Assembly: GCA_965218555.1 (NCBI GenBank)
Contig: OZ244625.1
Span: 2,300,968-2,364,967 of the forward strand
Length of the DNA: 64,000 nt
From: Bryobacterales bacterium
Lineage (GTDB): Bacteria; Acidobacteriota; Terriglobia; Bryobacterales; UBA6623
Reading direction: 5' to 3'
The notes under the pieces were generated by a model, which saw nothing but the letters and a program-made list of their open reading frames with translations, did no database searches and was not told the DNA's origin. A program made the position numbers and the translations under genes. Positions within the stretch are counted from its first letter, which is position 1. Every line of letters begins with the position of its first letter. Below are positions 58,585 to 64,000 of this stretch, piece by piece.

Positions 58585-59501
58585 TGGGCGGCCTCGGGAT
58601 GAATCATGCGGAAAAGAGACTGCGCCGCCTCGACGACACGGGGGCCGGGTACAACGAAGATATCCTCGGCGACCGGATAGACGCGGCCTTGTCGGACTGC
58701 GGGCAACGAGGGCATCTGTTTCCACAGTTCCGCGACGGAGCGTTTGTGTGCCTCGGTCACCACGTCGGTGTCGGACATGTCGCCCATGTCGATGATGATG
58801 TCTGGGCGGCTCGCGTAGATTTCTTCCCGGGGGATGCGCAGGTAGAAGTTCTTGGCGTTCTCGAACACGTTACGGCCGCCGGCGATGTCAATCAGCTCAT
58901 TGAGAAACGATCCCTGGCCGACGACCGTCAGATCCCGAATCGTAGCTGGTGTACGGCCGACGATGAACATCACGCCGCGGCGGGGCAAGCCGGTGCTCTC
59001 GCCGCGGATAAGTTCCAGCGCGGCCCGGATTTCCAAGACGCGGCGAGCGGCGGTGTCGGGCACGCTGGCGCGCTCACCCAGAGCCTGTAGTGATTCAAAG
59101 ATGCCGTTCAGGTCGTTATGCCTGAGTTCGAACACGTCGAGGCCAAGGCCCCTCAGCCGGGCAGCAAGAGCACCTTGTTCCTTGAGCAGTACGACCAGGT
59201 CCGGTTGCATCGAGAGAACGGTTTCGACGTTCGGCCGCAGAAAATCGCCGATCTTCGGCTTGTCACGCACTTCGGGCGGATAGTGGCAGAACTCGGTGAC
59301 GCCGGCGACACGATCTCCCAGCCCGAGCGTGTAGAGCATTTCAGTGATGCTGGGAGCGGTTGAGATGATGCGGCGCGGCGGTTCGGCCTGGCTGCAGAGG
59401 GCCGCGGCCACAACAACTGCTGGAAGACGTAGACCAGACAAGAGCCTTGTAGCTATCTTTGTCCGACGCTTGTTGGTGTGCGCCGCGGTTCCAACACTCA
59501 T
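58581..59501 (-). CDS. Periplasmic substrate-binding protein, BtuF/FecB-like
   Basis: RIISTAPSITEMLYTLGLGDRVAGVTEFCHYP...PDLVVLL. Signal peptide from Met at 59501 (track ORF start is 59537). Confidence 0.85.
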   Translation of the reverse strand: MSVGTAAHTNKRRTKIATRLLSGLRLPAVVVAAALCSQAEPPRRIISTAPSITEMLYTLGLGDRVAGVTEFCHYPPEVRDKPKIGDFLRPNVETVLSMQPDLVVLLKEQGALAARLRGLGLDVFELRHNDLNGIFESLQALGERASVPDTAARRVLEIRAALELIRGESTGLPRRGVMFIVGRTPATIRDLTVVGQGSFLNELIDIAGGRNVFENAKNFYLRIPREEIYASRPDIIIDMGDMSDTDVVTEAHKRSVAELWKQMPSLPAVRQGRVYPVAEDIFVVPGPRVVEAAQSLFRMIHPEAAQ

Positions 59502-59589
59502 GCGCGCCCTCACAACTCCACTCATCAGACCGGGCAAACCAGGCGAAGGAGTGTCACGGGCATTCCGAAAGGAAGACCGGCCGACATAC

Positions 59590-59775
59590 CCTGCTCCGCG
59601 AGGCGCTGTCCGGCTGCATGTTCGGCAGGTCTCCTGGCTAACGGCTTACCGGCCCGGCCGCGGCGCCTTCCCCGTTCCATGCCGAGTGGCGGTGGTATCA
59701 GCCAAGCCTCGCCGATTACAGTGGCGGGTCCGCGCGGGATTCTCACCCGCTTCCCTATTCTCTCCGCCCGAAGAA
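59590..59775 (-). promoter_or_regulatory. Cobalamin (B12) riboswitch
   Basis: Minus strand reads AATAGGGAAGCGGGTGAGAATCCCGCGCGGACCCGCCACTGTAA...GGGGAAGGC...GTAAGCCGT TAGCCAGGAGACCTGCC, with the B12 box at 59624-59640. It lies directly upstream of the btuF-like gene in the same orientation. Confidence 0.85.
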
Positions 59776-60016
59776 GTCGACCGGAGCACCGAACGCACGG
59801 CTGAGCGGCCAAACCGCCCAGCCACCTGCCTGGAAGGTATCAGTTCGATGGTGGCCGGTCAAGTCAGGAGCGAGCGCCTGAATGAGACTCACGAAGAGGA
59901 TGAGGTGAGCCGCACCGGAATCCTGCGGCCGAGAGGGCTTCCGGTGGCTCGGCATACGGCATGGCATGGCGAAAAAGAAAGAGTCGATCGGGCGATTGTT
60001 ATAATCCGCTACGGAG

Positions 60017-60532
60017 GTGCCCCAAGCCATGCAATCAAGAGTCCCGGCACACACGCTCATCCATGCCGCCCTGGCCTGCGGTCTGGTGCTGACCGCCTGT
60101 TCTGTGGCGGTTCACAACGATGAACCCAAGGAGCACGCAAACGTGGAAGTGAAAAAGGAATTCATGAATCTCCCTCATCTACCCGAGCCGCCGGGCTTCA
60201 CACACATTGTGACGTCATCTCCCGGCAAGACCGTCTATCTGTCAGGACAGGGCGGCGCCGGCGAGGACGGCGAGCTCCCGGAAGATTTCATCACGCAGGC
60301 CGAGAACACTTTCAAGAACCTCCAGAAGTGTCTGGAAATGGCTGGTGCGACCTTCAACGACGTCGTGAAGATGAATTACTACCTTGTCGACATCAACAAC
60401 CTCGCCGAGTTACGAGGCATTCGTTCGAGGTACATCGACATGGAGACCCCCCCTGCCTCGACGCTCGTGCAAGCGCCCTTGATCGGCGACCTGCTGATCG
60501 AAGTCGACGCTGTGGCGGTCGTGTCGGAGTAA
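60017..60532 (+). CDS. RidA/YjgF-family protein with lipoprotein-type signal
   Basis: Lipobox-like LVLTAC. RidA core GKTVYLSGQGG...NTFKNLQKCLEMAGATFNDVVKMNYYL...LIEVDAVAV. Confidence 0.8.
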   Translation: MPQAMQSRVPAHTLIHAALACGLVLTACSVAVHNDEPKEHANVEVKKEFMNLPHLPEPPGFTHIVTSSPGKTVYLSGQGGAGEDGELPEDFITQAENTFKNLQKCLEMAGATFNDVVKMNYYLVDINNLAELRGIRSRYIDMETPPASTLVQAPLIGDLLIEVDAVAVVSE

Positions 60533-60669
60533 CCGCAGGCCCCTTCACTTTCCAGAGCAAGTTCTCTTGCACCGCCCGTTCAGGAGGCACGGCGGCAGCC
60601 TGATTGCCGGCCGCGAAACGGCCAATCATCATGAACAATAGTATTTCAGGGACACTGCACTAGCCTCCG

Positions 60670-61602
60670 ATGCAGTATCGCCGCATACCCCACACGCCGC
60701 TCGAGGTATCCCCGCTCTGCCTCGGAACGATGACTTTCGGCACGCCGGTAGACCGGACGGACGCCGCCAACATCGTCCATCGGGCGCTGGACGGCGGTAT
60801 CAACTTCATCGACACCGCTGATATCTACGAAGGGTATGAGCGCTATTGGGGCTCCCCCGGCGGACGGGCCGAGGAGTTCCTGGGCGAGGCCCTGAGGGGC
60901 CGTCGCGAGCAGGCCGTCGTGACGACCAAAGTCGGCAACCCCGTCGGACCGGGGCCCGGCGACACCGGGCTTGGCCGCGCCCACGTCACGCGTCAGATCG
61001 AGGCGAGCCTCAAACGGCTCCGCACGGACTACGTTGATCTCTATCTGCTCCACCGGCCCGACCCGGCAACCCCGTTGGAGGAGACCATTCGCGTCATCGC
61101 CGACCTCATCAGCCAGGGCAAGGTGCGCCACTGGGGATTCTCCAACTTCGATGCGCCGCAGATCCGAGAAATGATCCGGATCTGCGACGCCGGCGGCTAC
61201 CCCCGGCCGGTGATCAGCCAGCCGCCATACAGTTGGCTGGAACGCGGCATCGAGCTCGATCATCTGCCCGCCTGCCGCCGCTTCGAGATCGCCGTAACGC
61301 CCTATCAACCCTTGCAGGGCGGGCTCCTCACCGGCAAATACAAGCGTGGTCAACAAGTCCCCAAGGGCTCGCGCGCCGCCGAGTCGAAGTGGCTCAGCAA
61401 ACCGGACGATGAGCTTCTGGGCAGGCTTGACAGGTTCGAATCCGAAGCCCGGAAGGCCCGCCTCGAGCCCGCCCACTACGCCCTCAAGTGGCTTCTCGAC
61501 CGACAGGGAGTCTGTTCGGTTGTGGTCGGGGTGAAAACCCTCCGGCAGTGGGAAGAGTTGATAGCCGTCCTCGACCGAAAAACGGGTGTCACAGGGCCGT
61601 GA
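60670..61602 (+). CDS. Aldo/keto reductase
   Basis: LCLGTMTFG...GINFIDTADIYEG...YVDLYLLHRPD...WGFSNF. Confidence 0.9.
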   Translation: MQYRRIPHTPLEVSPLCLGTMTFGTPVDRTDAANIVHRALDGGINFIDTADIYEGYERYWGSPGGRAEEFLGEALRGRREQAVVTTKVGNPVGPGPGDTGLGRAHVTRQIEASLKRLRTDYVDLYLLHRPDPATPLEETIRVIADLISQGKVRHWGFSNFDAPQIREMIRICDAGGYPRPVISQPPYSWLERGIELDHLPACRRFEIAVTPYQPLQGGLLTGKYKRGQQVPKGSRAAESKWLSKPDDELLGRLDRFESEARKARLEPAHYALKWLLDRQGVCSVVVGVKTLRQWEELIAVLDRKTGVTGP

Positions 61603-61786
61603 AGATCCGGTCGGGTCGCCGGCAACAAAGGAACTGTGGACGCAGAGCAGAGCGACCCGCGTGAGGCTGCCGTTCCGGGTTCGTTACTCCTGAGCCCGGT
61701 CCCTGAGGCGGGAAATGAGGTTTCAGGGCGAAAGGACGAAGAGGGCGAAGAAATCGACTACGACAATCCTCAATCAAGGATGTTTC

Positions 61787-61814
61787 GGGCTCACAGCTTT
61801 CTGAGCCCTTTTTT
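61787..61814 (+). terminator. Hairpin + T-run between convergent genes
   Basis: GGGCTCA-cagctttc-TGAGCCC followed by TTTTTT. It lies 185 nt after the aldo/keto reductase stop and immediately after the minus-strand CRTAC1-like stop. Confidence 0.55.
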
Positions 61815-61823
61815 GTTAACTCC

Positions 61824-63524
61824 TCAGGGCAGCGGCTGTAAGCCGAATTCCTCATGGATGAGGTAGGCCCGGTTGGGCTCGATGTCCTGATAGGTGCGGA
61901 GTTGCGTACTGGGCCACTTGACCTCGATCGAAGCGACTTCGAGATCCTGGTTGATGCCGAACGTAAGCGGCAGTTCGCTCTGTGAGCAGTAGCTCGATCC
62001 AGTGCGGACAGTCCGCCACTGCTCTCCGGACTGGCCGCGGACCGTGACTTCGGCGCCGATCGCGCTGCGATTCGAGGGCTCCCCGACGAGTCTGAGGCGG
62101 AGGTAGGAGTTTTCATTGCCGCCATCGTTTCGGTAGAGACGAGCGGGGCCGTCGTTGGTTGAGACGAGGATGTCCAGATCTCCGTCGCGGTCGTAGTCGG
62201 CGTAGGCCGCGCCCCGGGCCACAAGCGGCTGAGCGATGTCTTTTCCTACTTCGTCGAGAGCGGGATCGAACTTTCCGTTCCCCAAGTTTCGGAACAGGAG
62301 CGGAGGCTGAGCGAAGCGCACTTTCGGTTGAACGCGCTCGATTTCAGCATCCAGGTGCCCGTTGGCCGCGAAGATGTCGAGCAGGCCGTCGAGATCGTAA
62401 TCGAAGAAGAACGCGCCGAAGGTAAGCGAAAGCAAACTCGCGCGGCCTACCGCCGACGTGGGGGCATCGTCGACAAAGAGGCCCTTGCCTTCGTTGTGAT
62501 AAAGGTTGAGCATCTCGTTCGAAAAGTTGCCCACGACGAGGTGTGGCCGACCGGATCGGTCGTAGTCGGCCGCATCGACGCCCATGGCGCCGCGCGCCCG
62601 CCCGTCCTCCCCGAAAGCGATGCCGGCGCTTAATCCCACTTCGCGGAACGTTCCATTCTGCTCGTTGTGGTAGAGCTTGTTGGGCTGGGTATCGTTGGCA
62701 ACGAACAGGTCGGGCCAGCCGTCGCGATCGTAGTCGAAGACCGTTACCCCCAGGGCTTTCGAAGTGTCGTCGAAAAGACGAGCCGCCTTCGTGGCGTCTT
62801 CGAAGCGGCCGTCGCCGAGATTGCGGAAGAGCCGTGACGACACGCCGGAATAAGATTCCGGCGTGCAGTAGGATTTCGTCTCGCCGTCGAGCGAGCACCA
62901 GAGGTCCTCTTCCGGCGACCACCGGACGTAGTTGGCCACGAATAGGTCGAGACGGCCGTCGCGATCGTAGTCGAACCAGGCGGCGCTGGTGCCGAAGTCG
63001 TTGTTGTCGATGCCCGCCGCTTGCGTCACGTCCACAAAGCGACCCTGGCCGTTGTTGCGAAAGAGCCGGTCGCCCTCCAAGGCGGTGATGTAGATGTCGG
63101 AGTCGCCGTCGTTGTCGTAGTCGGCGATAGCGGTCCCCAAGCCGAAGCTCTCGATGTCGAGTCCGGCGTCGGCAGTGACGTCGGTGAAGGCGCCATGCCC
63201 GTTGTTCTTGTAGAGCGCCGGGGTCGTTTTTCGTCCGGGAGTAGACTGCCAGCTTCGACCGTTGATAAGAAGAATATCGGGCCGGTCGTCACCGTTGTAA
63301 TCGAAGAAAGCACAGCCGGAGCCGAGGGTCTCAGGGAGGTACTTCTTGCCGGAGCGGCCGTTGTGGTGCTCGAATCGGATGCCGGCGGCAGCCGTCACTT
63401 CGGTAAAGGCCACGTCGGCCCGTCCGGCATCGACGGCGGTCGGCTTGGTATTACTGCCGCGATTCGGCGAGCATGTGCAGAGCCACAATAGGATCGCCGG
63501 CAGTAAAAGTCTGGAACAGCTCAT
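61824..63524 (-). CDS. CRTAC1-family lipoprotein (FG-GAP/VCBS repeats + ASPIC/UnbV C-terminal domain)
   Basis: From ATG 63524: MSCSRLLLPAILLWLCTCS (lipobox). Repeated DYD.DG..D..V.N motifs. C-terminal SYLRLRLVG..SNRSAIGAEVTV...GSSYCSQSELPLTFG. Confidence 0.88.
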   Translation of the reverse strand: MSCSRLLLPAILLWLCTCSPNRGSNTKPTAVDAGRADVAFTEVTAAAGIRFEHHNGRSGKKYLPETLGSGCAFFDYNGDDRPDILLINGRSWQSTPGRKTTPALYKNNGHGAFTDVTADAGLDIESFGLGTAIADYDNDGDSDIYITALEGDRLFRNNGQGRFVDVTQAAGIDNNDFGTSAAWFDYDRDGRLDLFVANYVRWSPEEDLWCSLDGETKSYCTPESYSGVSSRLFRNLGDGRFEDATKAARLFDDTSKALGVTVFDYDRDGWPDLFVANDTQPNKLYHNEQNGTFREVGLSAGIAFGEDGRARGAMGVDAADYDRSGRPHLVVGNFSNEMLNLYHNEGKGLFVDDAPTSAVGRASLLSLTFGAFFFDYDLDGLLDIFAANGHLDAEIERVQPKVRFAQPPLLFRNLGNGKFDPALDEVGKDIAQPLVARGAAYADYDRDGDLDILVSTNDGPARLYRNDGGNENSYLRLRLVGEPSNRSAIGAEVTVRGQSGEQWRTVRTGSSYCSQSELPLTFGINQDLEVASIEVKWPSTQLRTYQDIEPNRAYLIHEEFGLQPLP

Positions 63525-64000
63525 GGCCCGGCGGAGTCCCGAGACTGTGTGGAGAGGGTACGGAGGGCAGCGCGAATGACCGGATCGCGGCGAGCCGACA
63601 CTTCGTCTCCTTTTTCTACGCTGATGGCGAGATTGAAGATTTCCTGCTTGATGCGGTTGCGGATGAATCCGACGGTCGAGGACCACTCAGACAAGCTGGG
63701 TTGGATGCGGCGGTCGTCCAAGTAGGTGTGAAATTCGTCGAGCAGTTCGGACGATACCTCGAAGTCTTCCCCTATGCTGCTGTGATTTCGAAGGTACTGT
63801 TGCGCGAACTCGAAGAACAAGTTGGAGCTCTCCATGAGAGCCTCGAAAGGAGTGTATCCGCGTGGCGGCACGTCCTGATCGGGGTTGATGCCTCCGCCGC
63901 CTTTGACGATTCGACCAGAGTCGGTTCGGAACTCCTGGACGGGGGTTGATTCTTCTTCGCAATGCGCCAGGGCGTACATTTCGCAGGCGTAGCCCCCCAG
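63521..64000 (-). CDS. S41-family C-terminal processing peptidase, 3' part (gene continues beyond the window)
   Basis: The frame is open to the window edge. RTDSGRIVKGGGGINPDQDVP resembles the conserved S41 ...GI.PD..V region. The stop forms an ATGA overlap with the CRTAC1-like start. Confidence 0.6.
   Translation of the reverse strand: MGGYACEMYALAHCEEESTPVQEFRTDSGRIVKGGGGINPDQDVPPRGYTPFEALMESSNLFFEFAQQYLRNHSSIGEDFEVSSELLDEFHTYLDDRRIQPSLSEWSSTVGFIRNRIKQEIFNLAISVEKGDEVSARRDPVIRAALRTLSTQSRDSAGP

Noticed and set aside
61603-61786. The 185-nt gap after the aldo/keto reductase, and ORF 61636-61866, as a possible small gene or sRNA.
   Set aside because: The ORF runs through the terminator hairpin and into the convergent gene and has no SD. 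I see no promoter or conserved structure. It remains unassigned rather than called.

Overview
High-GC bacterial chromosomal window. The gene content (giant NHL-repeat protein, ASPIC/UnbV-CRTAC1 lipoprotein, DUF1501-like protein next to CxxCH-module proteins) resembles Acidobacteriota (Solibacter/Bryobacter-like) or Planctomycetota, but I cannot verify this without a search. There are three zones. (i) 1-21.9 kb is an accessory mosaic. It holds a complete IS21-family element nested inside an IS256-family transposase gene, and a 1635-aa membrane-anchored protein built as 2 x (Ig-like domain + 12 NHL blades) with near-identical internal tandem duplications. It also holds IS3, IS1380 and IS5 transposase remnants, a three-gene cluster of secreted CxxCH-module proteins plus a Tat-signal DUF1501-like protein, an island (about 15.5-18.9 kb) of small orphan ORFs, and a second IS21-family element with no target-site duplication. 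Several of the small ORFs are tail-anchored membrane proteins, each with its own hairpin terminator. (ii) 21.9-43.4 kb is core: one uninterrupted minus-strand str-S10-spc-alpha block of 35 genes (rpsL to rplQ, including fusA, tuf, secY, adk, map, infA, rpoA) plus a SurA-like PPIase. (iii) 43.4-64 kb is housekeeping. It holds a PHP histidinol-phosphatase-like gene, a PD40-propeller/metallohydrolase fusion, a panB-panC-S58 peptidase-SSS-SSS operon, rsmD, recG, a cobalamin-riboswitch-controlled btuF/D/C-like ABC importer, RidA, an aldo-keto reductase, a CRTAC1-like lipoprotein and a partial S41 protease. I saw no rRNA, tRNA or CRISPR array. The best candidates for something undescribed are the small-ORF island, with its duplicated 63-nt leader and a four-gene translationally coupled operon, and the CxxCH-module/DUF1501 cluster. 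Both calls are inference from sequence only.
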